DNA of 63,172 nucleotides, the filler included, from Perkinsus olseni (taxonomy: Eukaryota), in NCBI GenBank assembly GCA_013115125.1. It is 6 parts of 6 records of this genome, joined end to end, with 100 filler letters (N's around TTAATTAATTAA, not from the genome) between each part and the next. Parts side by side here need not be neighbours in the genome. Positions count along the whole stretch, not along the records: positions 31,687 to 42,133 come from JABANN010000876.1; positions 42,234 to 52,665 come from JABANN010000877.1; 4 more parts are not named here. The stretch is one strand, 5' to 3'. Numbering within the stretch: the first letter of the stretch is position 1; every line of letters starts with the position of its first letter. Both the position numbers and the translations under genes were made by a program. Shown here piece by piece: positions 35,101 to 46,791 of this stretch. Below the pieces are notes generated by a model, which saw nothing but the letters and a program-made list of their open reading frames with translations, was not told the origin of the DNA and did not search any database.

Positions 35101-36378
35101 AAACTCAGCCATTGGGTTGCATCCAAGGGTCTTGCATCAGGTGCAGCGGAGGTTAGGCTACAAATGATAGACGACCTCGTACAGCTGTATAAAATAGACG
35201 TAACGTTCAGATACATAGCCAGTGGTGAGAACCCTGCGGATGAACGATCACGAATACCTGATTATCTAAAATGGCCCAAACCATCAAGGCGTGAGTTGAA
35301 AGCGAAGCCTGAGTCTCATACTTTAGCAGCAGCTACTCGTTCCCATGAATGGCAGGACGTGAGTACGTGTGAGAATGGCTATCTGATTATCCCGCCTGGT
35401 CACGTGAAACAATTTGTAGAAGATAATCACGACCATGAAGGTGCAGAAGCTCCATATCAAAGACTTCGCAAATGGGTAAAATCAGAACCAGGGTTCCGAG
35501 CAATATGCCGAGAGGTTGTTGCTCAGTGTGACGTTTGTAAACGTGCCAAGGCACATCCGAACCAGAACACGGATGGACTAGATCCTGAGACAGGAAAGAA
35601 GAGGAAACGTGATGACGTTGAAAAACGCGCAACACGCAAGTCTTTCATTCCATTTAATAAAGTCCATATTGATGTAGTCGGAAACTACAGAGTTGTTTCT
35701 GGTAAGAAGTCATTCTTCGTCGTCACACTAGTGGATAGTGCCACTGGATATGCTCTGGGCAAGGCCACGAAATCGGCGCCCGTGGGTGAAGACATAGAGG
35801 TTCTATTGAGCCATATGTTAGAGACCTTTCACACAACCCCTTTGGTTGTCTGGTCTGACTCCGGTGCGAATCTGGTTTCGAAACGAGTTGAGGCATTTCT
35901 GTTGAAACATGATATTTTACATTACACGACTGCGAAGAATACTTCGCTGAGTAATGGAAAAGTAGAAAGGTTTCATAGAACACTCAACGAGTACCTCCGT
36001 ACTCATGCCTCCCACGATGAAATTGGCTGGCCTGAATTCACCAGACCAGTCAAAAAGGGAGTGACGAAGTATAATACAACCCCCTACCATGGCGTGTCTG
36101 CGCATGAGAAGGTATTTAGGTTTTCACCTAACTGTGAACCTTACCGTCCAGTGCAGTCACGCGACGAGTGCGATGAACTTTGTCATGAAAACAAAGAAGA
36201 ATGGGGACGAGGACTGGAACCCGGTACTTGTGTATTTTACCGGAATCCCAGACCGTCGAATAAACTCTCCGATCGCTGGTTGGATGCAGTGATTGAAGAA
36301 CGAGTTGGCCCCAAGGCGTACAAGCTAGAAGGCCTGCCCGGCAAGTTCGACTTGAAGGATATTAAGCTGCTTAAGTGA
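32190..36378 (+). pseudogene. gag-pol of the inner element, nearly intact
   Basis: KFSG..EDVEEWL gag motif, CEFCNKTNHTIETC, VDSGS protease, IDIKKAY/FVDN RT, YTDAS RNase H, integrase HHCC and D,D,E. Lesions: TAG 32223, extra G near 33166, TAG 33862. Confidence 0.9.
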
Positions 36379-36444
36379 AGAGAGAGAAGGGGACGAGTGG
36401 AGTGCAAAGTCTAGGCTAGTGAAGTATGTTCCACTTAAGCCATT

Positions 36445-36498
36445 TGGCCGCGTGGTTAACTTGTATACTTGCGAGCCGAAAGACCCCGGGTTCAATCC
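36445..36498 (+). promoter_or_regulatory. tRNA-type Pol III A box and B box in the 3' LTR
   Basis: TGGCCGCGTGG and GGTTCAATCC; 46-nt T8-T54 spacing, as in standard tRNA numbering. Confidence 0.6.
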
Positions 36499-36639
36499 CC
36501 AGGTCTGACTGATGCGCTATACTGTCTCCGGCTACAGCTGATAAAGTCAATAATCGATCAAGCTAAATTAGCTGTAACACCATTGATTGTACTACTGAAA
36601 CGGTTAACTCAGTAATCTAGAGATTTCTTGTATTTCCTT

Positions 36640-37605
36640 ATGTCCTCTCCCGCTTTGCGTTCAATTAACAACGTGCCGGTTTCTGGTCCTGCCCGGTTGA
36701 CGCTTCCGCTTCAGCTGCCTGAGAAGTTCTCTAACGGTCCTCAGCAACAAGTTCGCGATTGGTTCGACAGCTTCGACCTCTCCGCTGCTGCCGTTAACTG
36801 GACCGTTCAGATGAAGGCGTCCTACTTGGGTTTGTTCTTGGCCGGCGCTCCCTTGACCGTGTGGAGGACTCAGTGTTCGCGGGTTGATTATGAGGCTGCC
36901 AAGGCTCTATTGATTCGCACGTTCGACGGTACGCCCCACCCTGACATGGCTCTGAAGAGGTTCAACGCTTATCAGTGGGATCGTAAGATACCGGTTCTGG
37001 AGTTCGTGGCCAACGCCCACAAATTGTTATGCGAGTACAACGACCTCTTGCCCCCAGACCGTCGCTTGTCCCCGGATGCTACGCAGTCCCTCCTCATCGA
37101 CAAGGTTACGGAGTATGCGTCCGGTGGCGCGAGAGCGGAGATGCGTCGGGCTCGGCCTACAACGCTAGCTGAGGCCTGCGATCTCCTGGCAGTCTACTCT
37201 GATGATGCGCCGCCCAGCTCGGTCGGTGCAGTCGCAGCTGTGAGCCCACTCGAGGATAAGGTCAGAGATGAGATGGTTCTTAAGGCGATCAATGACGGGT
37301 TTTCCCGTGGGTTTGAGAAGGTTGCCGACGTGTTGGAAACTTTTGTTAAGAAAGTGCAGGACGTTATCCAGGTGCAACCCACCGTCATCCCCGGTGCTCA
37401 ACCTCCACATGGCCTCGACCCTGGTTCGTGTGGTAGTTGCCAACAGCAAGACCACGGCACGCTGAGTTGCCCGTTCGAGAAGTTCGACAAGGGTTGTGCC
37501 ATCTGCGGCACGGAAGGACATCTGGCCCGGGCCTGTCCCCGGAACCCGTTTCTTCAGCTGATCAGCACTAACGCCAACGACAAGGAGGCGGCTGCTGGTC
37601 AGTGA
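36640..37605 (+). CDS. Outer-element gag, 3' part (5' part at 31769-31944), now in frame with an ATG in the inner LTR
   Basis: PEKFS...VRDWF motif; two knuckles CGSCQQQDHGTLSC and CAICGTEGHLARAC. Excising the insert restores PAN-NVP. Confidence 0.8.
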   Translation: MSSPALRSINNVPVSGPARLTLPLQLPEKFSNGPQQQVRDWFDSFDLSAAAVNWTVQMKASYLGLFLAGAPLTVWRTQCSRVDYEAAKALLIRTFDGTPHPDMALKRFNAYQWDRKIPVLEFVANAHKLLCEYNDLLPPDRRLSPDATQSLLIDKVTEYASGGARAEMRRARPTTLAEACDLLAVYSDDAPPSSVGAVAAVSPLEDKVRDEMVLKAINDGFSRGFEKVADVLETFVKKVQDVIQVQPTVIPGAQPPHGLDPGSCGSCQQQDHGTLSCPFEKFDKGCAICGTEGHLARACPRNPFLQLISTNANDKEAAAGQ

Positions 37606-40333
37606 GAGAACTAATTGGGCGCTCGTCCATGGCACTCCCGCGACGGGGAGTGCCGCTATCACCCTCGCCTTGCGGACCTTCGGGCAGCCGCAGGGTGTTC
37701 TCCTTCTTGCCCGTATGCCCCTCATATTTCGACTTTTTTTTTCCGTTTGGTGTCATGCCAGCCGAGTCGTTCGACCGTCGCCCTCCCGCTCGAGTTCGCG
37801 CAATGGTTGTTCGGCCCTTCCCTCTTTCGGTGGTCCCTCACGCCGGTCTGTCCATGATCGCGTTGCATCTGTTGCGACGAGTAGGCAGAGCGCCGACCCC
37901 CGAAGGTCCTTGGTGGGAGAACCCCCTCTCCGTCGGTGCGTAGTTCTGTTGCAACAGTGTCTAGTCTTGCTCGTCACGCCGCTCTTCCCTTGGTTCGCCC
38001 TCGTCGAGCGCCGACTCCCACGAGCCCCTGGTGACCGAGCATCCCTGGCCGCTGTTTGAGCGTCAAGTAACGCGTTCGCGCAGCAGTTTGCTACCACCTC
38101 CTCATGTACCATTATCTTCGGACACGTACGTTCCGCCAGCTCTACGACGACCCTCAACGACTCGAGGTTTGTGTGAGCCTGCGTACGAGTCCGCCGCCAC
38201 CTTAGTCGCCGCCACCGACTTCGACGACGTCTGTTCTGATTTTAATTAACGCGCCGTAGCGCGGGTTCTTGGTGGGAGAAGGGGGTGGTGCACCTCTGAC
38301 TTCGGAGTGTTCGTGATCACGTTACAGTTCACTCCTTGTCATGCCCTTTTCTCTCTACGATTGCTCTGTGCTACTCGACATGATGGTTTCGACCAAACCG
38401 TGCTTCCGTGATGCACCGCGGCTCCACGTTACGTGACGTGGGTTGCCGACCCGTTTATCGTTCGCTAGCTGTGTTGCTAGCACAGGCGAATCGTTCGTTT
38501 TCCGTGTTGGACTAGTAGAGCCGTTCGGTGATCCGACCTGTACTCCTAACCGAGAGTTTTATCGTCTACTAGTTTCTTTATCATGGAGGCAGTCTCTAGA
38601 TTTGAGCTGTCTCCCTTGGAGCTCCGTGTCACTTGGCTCCCCGATCGCTAAGATGGTTTTGACCATGTTTGTGCTACCGTGGCGCCACGTTACGTGACGT
38701 GGTTTGCCAAACCGGTTATGATTGGCCGGCAGTTCTCCGGCTCTCGCGCCCTTTGGGCGGATTGTTTGATTGCTGTGATCGTATGAGCCAGTAGGAGCTG
38801 GCTAGCGGCCTCTGTGTGCGTGTTTTAAGCGAATGTCGCTCTCACTTGTATTTGTGCCGTGAAGACAGGGTCCGGGGACGTGTTGTTTCTTCCTTGGGCA
38901 CGTGCTGTCTCCTCTGGGGACCCCAGGCTGGGGTCACCGCTCTATTGTTTTCTCGCCGCTCTGGCGTTTTGGTGCACCCTGCGGTGCTTAAGGATTTGGA
39001 CTCTCGACACGTCACTCAGGTTCGGGCTCCATCGAGAATGTTTCCGTCTCGCTATGCTCGCTGGATAGACTTCTCCTGGTTCGGAGCGCCCTCTTCACAC
39101 GGGTTCTACAGGCCGCTTCTGACTGAGCCTCCTCTCCGTCGGCTGCTTGCGCTATGGAAGCGCTCCCCCGTGAGATCCGACCTGGTGACGTTTGCTTTGT
39201 GCCTGCTCCTGTTCGAGACCTGACTCCTCTATCTCCTCCACGACCCCCGACGAATGATGGTTATGAAGTCTACTACCATTCGTGACGAATGATTCGTCAA
39301 ACAAGCGATCCCCCGCCTTCGACCACTACGCCAGGTATGATTCTAACCCGGGTGCTGTGCCCCCTCTTCCGGCTGCGGCGGTCGAACATGGGCCCCGTTC
39401 GCGCCGCCGTGCGCCGAAACGTGCTGACACTCTCAAGAAGTGTTGCTATTTCATCGAGGTTGCTCGTGGAATTCCTCGACGAGGGTACGGCGGCCAGCAT
39501 CTTGCTAGGTACCGACTCGGTACTATCGAGGTGGTTCGTGCGCAATTACGCGTTACAGCGGAGGTTCTCGGGTTTGCTTATGGTTCTGCAGACTTCGCGT
39601 CTTATGTCCTTCGTCGTGGTTTGACAGGAGTTTTACGTGACGATGAAGCTTGGCTGTTCCGTTCGTCGACCTCAGCTTCCTGGAATTATGGTTCTGGAGT
39701 TACGGTCCCGGTTCCGGTACGGTTCTTCTACGGTCTCCTTGCCGATGGCCGCTCCCCGTCTCCATTTCGATGCTCGCCATGCTGGTTCGCCAAGAGTCAT
39801 TGGGATTGACTAAGCGCTGCTGGCGGATTGATGACGATAGACTTTTTAGTGAAGTATATGCTGCAAGACTTTTTATTATGATGAGCCCATTGCGTACTGC
39901 TACTGTTCGCGCAGCGCGTCTCCACGTGTGTCACGTTTGCGTATGCGTGCGGCTGTCCCTTTTCCGGAGAACGCGATTTTACCCCTGCTGATGTGCCCTT
40001 AGTACGTTCGTGCTTCGCGAGTGTCCGTTGCAGGTGGGAGATATGTGGAAGGAACTCGTGTTACCCTCGCTCGCCTTTTTATTGGTGCAACGGTTCGCTC
40101 CGCTCAAGCTATGTACTTGCGTGCCCCTAAGCTTGGGTTTTCTCCGGAATTGCAGACTTTGAGTAGCCTTTTGATTTTTCCTCGTTCGAGCCTCCTTGAC
40201 TTGAGGTTCGTTCGTCCCGCACTACTGTTATTACCTTCAAGCTCACCCACGGTTGTGTTGCGCAACTAGTTCGAGTTGTACGGCGACAGCCGTTGCTCGC
40301 AGCGCACGGCTCAGAAATGCTACTCAGCAGCAT

Positions 40334-42133
40334 AGTGCACGAGTCGTGCCTGTGTACGAGTTGATAATGTACGAGTTTTCTGCGTACGAGTATTATGTGT
40401 ACGAGTATCATGATGTGCGGGTATTGTGTGTACGAGTCATGAGTGTACGAAAGGACGATGCACGAATCTGAGGAGGGAACGAGTATTCAGTGTACGAATC
40501 GTGTACGAAATGAAAGTGTACGAGTCGTCTGAAACGATTTTTTACTGCGAACCGGTTTAGTGCTCGTTCTATGCTTCTTCAGACCCCTCAACTTATCTGA
40601 GTGATAACACATCCGCTGTAGCTGCAATCCTCTCTACACACTTTCTTCACTTCAACTTTTCAACAACACTCTTTGTCCCCATGAAGAACGGGAGGATCTC
40701 GAACCCGATCGGGTGAAAAACTGGTATAATTTTGGTCGTTTAGCAATCGGACGTTTAACGGGATGCAATGCTGACGGTTCACTCTGACAACCACGTGAGA
40801 CGGATGACGAAGGGTGAGAAGTAGTGCTCTCGGGGACGGGACGAGGCGTCCCCGTAGAGAAAGCGTGGCATGGGACTGCAGGCGAAGGCGAGGCATGAGC
40901 AGAGACATTCTCGCCCGGCGGGCTCCAGTGAACCGAGAGGGAACCCTCTGCATGCACAATTTGGAACCCATCGACCTCCACCTGGAGGTTGACCCCGAAC
41001 CGCCGAAGCCAGTGGTACCGTACCCGAGCAACATGTCCGAAGAAAACCTATCAACAATATAAACGGTCATATCAAATGTAGACGGATGGTCGGCAGTAGC
41101 GAACGGCAACTCAGCTACTGGAACGGCCTTAGGGGAATCGTAAAGAAAGAGCGTTCCACGAGCCGAACCAATAATCGGAAATGCTACAGATGGCGTGGCC
41201 GTAGTGGCCGAAAAGTGTAGAGGTATATTCGGAGTACCGGCGGCAAAAGCTTTTTTACTAACAGTCATACGAGCACCAGTATCAGTCATATCACAAAATG
41301 GAAGTGACATCGAGATATCAGAAGCAATGCGGGCGAAAAGAGAGATGCCCTGCGGTTGCCCGAAAGTCCGCAGAGCGGGGTGCTCGGGGCACTCCGACTG
41401 CCGTAGGTCGGGTGCCCAATTAGTTCCTTGACTGGTCAGCGTCGGGCTCTCTGTCGTCGGCGGTGATGCTGGCTAGCTGAACGAACGGGTTCCGAGGGCA
41501 GGCACGGGCCAGGTGTCCTTCCGTACCGCAGATGGCACAACCCTTGTCGGACTTCTTGAACGGGCAGCTAAGATTGCCATGGTCTCGCTGTCGGCAAATA
41601 CCACACGAACCGCGGTCGGGATCTTAGCGGGGCTGTCCTTCACGACCAAACGGTGGCCTCGGCTGTGGTGGCTGAGGGCCGGCAGCAACAGCTTGCTGCA
41701 CCTGCCAGGTGCAGGTCACCCAGGTGCCACCTGAGCGACCGCCTGAACCTTCTTAACAACGGTTTCCAACACGTCGGTAACCTTCTCCATCTTGCGGTCC
41801 CACTGGTATGCGTTGAACCTCTTCAAAGCCATGTCAGGGTGGGGCGTACCGTCGCATGTGCGAACCAACAGAGCTTTGGCAGCCTCATAATCAACCCGCG
41901 AACACTGAGTCCTCCACGCGGTCAAGGGAGCGCCAGCCAGGAAAAAAACCCGAGTAAGGGGATGTTTACGTTTCGTACACCAAATAGTCGTACATTTTCG
42001 GCTCAAGTCTCCAATACTCATACACTTTCTAATCGTACACCAAATAGTCATACAAGAGATTAGTACATATAGAAGTCGTACACATAGTGCTCGTACACAC
42101 AATATTCGTACGCTTGCAACTCGTACGCGGAAT
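40334..42133. mobile_element. Foldback/MULE-like element with inverted 15-bp-period GTACGA arrays
   Basis: Array 40334-40530 (tgtgtacgag...) and inverted array 41970-42133 (tcgtacac...); right end truncated by the gap. Confidence 0.5.
40550..41945 (-). pseudogene. Internally deleted gag plus protease fragment related to the outer element
   Basis: FLAGAPLTAWRTQCSRVDYEAAKALL matches the gag near 36835; DTGA and DMLLG protease motifs. Confidence 0.8.
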
Positions 42134-43612
42134 NNNNNNNNNNNNNNNNNNNNNNNNNNNNNNNNNNNNNNNNNNNNTTAATTAATTAANNNNNNNNNNN
42201 NNNNNNNNNNNNNNNNNNNNNNNNNNNNNNNNNAAATGGTCGATGGAATGCCGCGCATAGTTCGGGTGGCGTAGAGAGACGTTGCTTTGGCCTGGCATTC
42301 TTCTCTTGGCTGGCTGCTTTTGGAGTTTTTATCGTGGAGCGCACCTAGAACTGACACAGTTTCTTCCCAACGTTTTTGTTACGGATTGGTCGGCTGACTT
42401 TATTCGGCCGGTCCTCAGCGCAGCAACGACCATGAGGGCGCTCAGTCTGCGTACCGACTGAAAAATTCGCTTATCACATCTGTGCAGATCAATGCCGATG
42501 GTGTGACGATGACGAGAGGCACTCCAGCTGATGGAGAGCGTGTCGCTGTGGGGATCCCGGTAGACAAAATGGGAGACAAGCCGTGAGCTAATATACATGA
42601 ATATAGTCGCCCTGGCTTGAGCTTATGCTTTGTAAAAGGCCAGGAGGTCCAAAGATGCGGCCGGCCGGTAATACATTTGGACTTTTTTCTGATTACATCA
42701 TCCTTATCAAGAACCAGTTAGGATCCCTTTTCTGAGCAGTTTTTAGTGTTGTGTGAAGTACAAGTTGTACTGTACAACTTGCAATTACATTCTTTTCTTG
42801 ATTCCTCTTAGCTCTCATCAGATGGAACTAAATAGATTTCCTCTCAGTATCCGACATTTTCACATGCTCCTCGGTCTCCGATAAGGAGAGAATTGAAGCG
42901 TGAGTCAGGGACTGCCAGTCTTAGACTGGTAGGGGTGTGAGCTTGGGTTTGAGTCATCTCATATGAGCCTAAATATCGCGGTTGGAGGGCCCACTGATGG
43001 GCTATGAATGGCCTCATGGTTGCAGCAACCAGGTTGCTGAGTGAGTTATCAGTTTAACTTCCATCACGTGGCGGGAACCAAGCGTACGCATAGGCTGTGC
43101 GTGCGCAGCGATCCTGTCGAGCGAGGATAACTGGCTTAGGACGGGCGACAGCCGGCTTTCTATTGCTGCGTGAATTGTAAAGACATCCAATGTGCATACC
43201 AGCTAGACTAGAGAACTGCGGGCAGCTGCTGATTTTGACGTAAGATCATCGACCGAGGAGTTCCTACAGATGGTTGCAGCCCGCAAGCATTCGTAGGAAT
43301 TCCACGGAACCATTTCCCAAGGATTGCACTCTGCAACTTGCAAGACTACGAGTGTCCGAAGAGCTCATGTGTGGGATGCAGAAGTTTCCTGCATTCTGCA
43401 AGACAGACTTCGGGCGGAGAAAACAATGACGCTTTCCGCTGAGAGCCCTTGCACGATGCTAAGTCACTTTCCTCGATCATCATGATCACCTGGTTACNNN
43501 NNNNNNNNNNNNNNNNNNNNNNNNNNNNNNNNNNNNNNNNNNNNNNNNNNNNNNNNNNNNNNNNNNNNNNNNNNNNNNNNNNNNNNNNNNNNNNNNNACT
43601 CCGCACAGTACG

Positions 43613-44818
43613 ATGACTCTCAGCGGAGTTCAATTGGATCAGCGTTTGAAGGTCACTCATATCGGTGAGCTGATCTGGGAGGAGTTACGCAATCTTTGGG
43701 ATCATCAGGCTGATCTTGGCGCCCGCGATGCCCAGAGAGTCGACCAATGCTATTACCCTAGACGAGTTATCGAAACCGATAAGCAAAAATTGCGGAATTC
43801 TTACAAGAGCTTCTCAATTCCAATACATGCTGAAGCGAGGGCCCCGAGCTGGAAGAATGTCATAAAGCTCTGCTCAGTATCTGGGAGTTGGTACTTGTTT
43901 CTTGGACGGCGAAGTTCCCGAAAGAAGGAAACATTTATCCTCATGTATCCAGTGTTGATGCAAAGAGCCAACGTACAGCGACCTCGACGCCAGCCTTCGA
44001 GGGTTGGCCAAGCTCCAGGCAATCTTCCACAGATTATGGCGAGTGAGAAGACTTTAGTTACACCAATCGCCGCAGTCGACCGTCTCGATGTGGCATCTAC
44101 AGGGGAAAAGAATCTCCCGTTCAGTGGGGTTGAGCCGGAGACCGAAGCATCATCCCCTACTCCCCTCGTGAGAGCACCTTTGCCAGCAGGGTCGTTACTT
44201 AACTACAAACAAGCTGGTAGCCTTCATACAGTATGCCTCACGCTCAGTGCCGAGGATTCTAGCGGTCATCTCCTCGGTACTCTCACTATGTTCTCTACAG
44301 CATCAGGACCGTCCAGCGAATCTTCAAGATACTTTCGGTTCCAAAGCGCAACCAAGGATACTCCCGCTGCCAACGTGCTCGCCCTCCCTGAGATGCGCCT
44401 CGTGATGGGAGGTTGCGATGGCTGCTACATCTTCACGAATGCCGACTCCGAGAGACAGGACAACCTCCATGCCTCACTCAAGGCTGCTGGCCGTGCCTTT
44501 GGCATCAACAACCTCACTCTGAACTCTATCGCACTTCGGAAGACCGGCAATGAACGGGACAATAATCTTTCCCTCGAACTACGGTTGGGGACAAAGACCG
44601 CAAATGGTGATCAGCCGGACTTGACGGTTCGACTTCGTTATGTTCATCCGCCCATTTCAATCGCTGGCAACGTGATAGAATCTCAGTCTCGATCGGCTCG
44701 AGCTCCACAGTCGTGCGGTAGCGGAGAGGAGGCTGACCGGGGCAGGAAGCGTCTGCGTAGTACATCTGACTCAGACGAATGGGCGATTAAAACGGGAAGA
44801 GTACTTAAAAGCCCCTAG
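43613..44818 (+). CDS. Hypothetical protein of a tandem family (true start may be downstream)
   Basis: 401-aa ORF; paralog at 45657-46541. Confidence 0.6.
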   Translation: MTLSGVQLDQRLKVTHIGELIWEELRNLWDHQADLGARDAQRVDQCYYPRRVIETDKQKLRNSYKSFSIPIHAEARAPSWKNVIKLCSVSGSWYLFLGRRSSRKKETFILMYPVLMQRANVQRPRRQPSRVGQAPGNLPQIMASEKTLVTPIAAVDRLDVASTGEKNLPFSGVEPETEASSPTPLVRAPLPAGSLLNYKQAGSLHTVCLTLSAEDSSGHLLGTLTMFSTASGPSSESSRYFRFQSATKDTPAANVLALPEMRLVMGGCDGCYIFTNADSERQDNLHASLKAAGRAFGINNLTLNSIALRKTGNERDNNLSLELRLGTKTANGDQPDLTVRLRYVHPPISIAGNVIESQSRSARAPQSCGSGEEADRGRKRLRSTSDSDEWAIKTGRVLKSP

Positions 44819-45656
44819 TATACTGGGAGATCAGGCGGCTGACAAGCTGATACGGCGTGTTTTACATGCTGTCTCATGCCGCCTGCTTTCATTTTGGTAC
44901 GTTCATCTCCACGGCATCAGTGATAACCAGAATTTTGAGCTGTTACGAAAGTTCATGTTTGTAAATGTTTAAAGGTGTTTTAAGTTTTCGTTGCGTGAAG
45001 TCCTTCGGGAGCATGAAATTGGTTGAGCCATCCTGTTGGTAGCAAACCAACGCCGCCGGTGGTGAAGTGCTCGCCAACATCGGGCGACGATAGGGGTTCA
45101 CTCACAGTCGGACGGACTCACAGACTCTCGAAATCTGTGACTCAGAGTGCTCTTCGGAAGAGAAGGAGAATCCCCGCATACCTTGACACGTGTGAAATCC
45201 AGGATCTGCAAGACAGACTTCGAGCGGAGAAAACAATGAGGCATTCCGTGGAGAGCCACTGCCCGAGACTGAGTAACTTTTCCCGCTCATCGTGGTCACT
45301 TGGTCACCATAGAGATTCCCCAGTGAATGACATTCCCTGTTACTGCGGAAAAACGATTTAATCGGACAATCAATACATTCCCAACATACTCCAGTGATTT
45401 CCCTCCACGAAGAACCGTAACGGGCCCTCTGGACTCTTTCCTTCCTGGACCCTCGACGATGCCAACCGCCCATCTTCATGAATTAGCCCTAGTCTCACTC
45501 CAATTGCTCGTGTTTTCGGGCCAGGCTTCTCGCCCAGTTTTCGAAGCTGGGAACTACGAAGGCCGACTCGGCCGTGAAAGTGCATAAGATAGGCATGGAT
45601 GTTAGTCTGAAAGCGATTGGTGGGACGAGCCCACACAGTACGTCGTACCGAGTACG

Positions 45657-46541
45657 ATGACTCTCATTGAACTAATGAATCAGCGCTTAAAAGTCAATCA
45701 TATAGGTGAGCTGATCCAGGAGGAGTTGTACGAACTGTGGAATCACGAGGCTGATCTGGGAGCTGGCGATGCCAGGAGAGTCGATCAATGCTATTACCCT
45801 AGACATGCCAGCGAGAGCGATGAGAATAAATTGAGGGAGCTCCGCACGAGCTTCTCAATCCCAATACAAGCTAATACGAAGGCCCCGAACGGGAAAAAAG
45901 AGATTAAGCTCTGTTCGGTATCTGGGAGTTGGTACTTGTTTCTTGGGTGACGAAGTTCTCGGAAGATAAGAATCTACATGCTTATGTGTCCAGTGTTGAC
46001 GCACAGAGTCAACGTACTGCGACATCGACAGCTTTCGAGAGTTGGCCAAACTGAAAGCAGTGAATAAGACGGTGTACCAGCTGAGTGGACTACGGACGCA
46101 ACCAATGCCGCTGTCAACCGCGAGGACGCATCGTCAAAAATTAAGAATCTTCTGTTCGGCTCGAGAGAGGTTGGAGTTGTGCCGGAGATGGAAGCGCCAA
46201 CACAAGCCGCACTGGTGAAGATACCGTTGCCAGTAGGGTCGTTAGTCAACTATAAAGAAGCTGATAATCTTCCAAGGGTATGACTCACGCTCAGCACCGA
46301 GACTCTTCAAGATACTTCCGGTTCCACAGCGCAATCAATACTACTCCCGCTGCCAACGTGCTCGCCCTCCCTGAGTTGCGCCTCGTGAGGGGAGGTTGCG
46401 ATCGGTCCTATACCTTCACGAATCCCGACTCCGACCGAAATGCCGACCTTCATGGCATGAAGGCATGAAGTTCATGCCTCACTCGAAGCTGCTTGTCATG
46501 CATTCGGTATCAACAACTTTACATTGAGCTCAGGCGGCGCT
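45657..46541 (+). pseudogene. Degenerate paralog of 43613-44818
   Basis: Shares RVDQCYYPR, KLCSVSGSWYLFLG and SSRYFRF...TPAANVLALPE; contains stops and deletions. Confidence 0.7.
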
Positions 46542-46791
46542 NNNNNNNNNNNNNNNNNNNNNNNNNNNNNNNNNNNNNNNNNNNNNNNNNNNNNNNNNNN
46601 NNNNNNNNNNNNNNNNNNNNNNNNNNNNNNNNNNGCGCTTGCCAACATCGGGCGACAATAGAGGTTCTCTCACAGAGCGCTCTTCTACAAGTCAAGCAGC
46701 AGACATTTTTGTCTCGGGGCGTGAACCATCCATGATCAGCTCCATTACGGAGCCTTCGTAGTCCGCCCGCTTGCTGCTACGGGGTGCAGAG

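Larger units (their letters stand above)
31945..36666 (+). mobile_element. Inner full-length LTR retrotransposon nested in the outer gag
   Basis: LTRs 31945-32216 and 36396-36666, differing at three sites; TSD AACAA (31940-31944 / 36667-36671); PBS TGGTGCC; PPT GAAGAGAGAGAAGGGG. Confidence 0.95.
31687..40288 (+). mobile_element. Outer, non-autonomous gag-only LTR element
   Basis: 5' LTR tail 31687-31714 is identical to 40261-40288; PBS TGGTAGCAG (initiator-Met-like) at 31718; 3' LTR probably 40044-40288 (TGT...ACA) after a purine-rich tract; no pol motifs. Confidence 0.8.

Noticed and set aside
40334-40530. CRISPR-like array
   Set aside because: 15-bp period with a 6-bp core, no full-length spacers, no cas genes, eukaryotic context.
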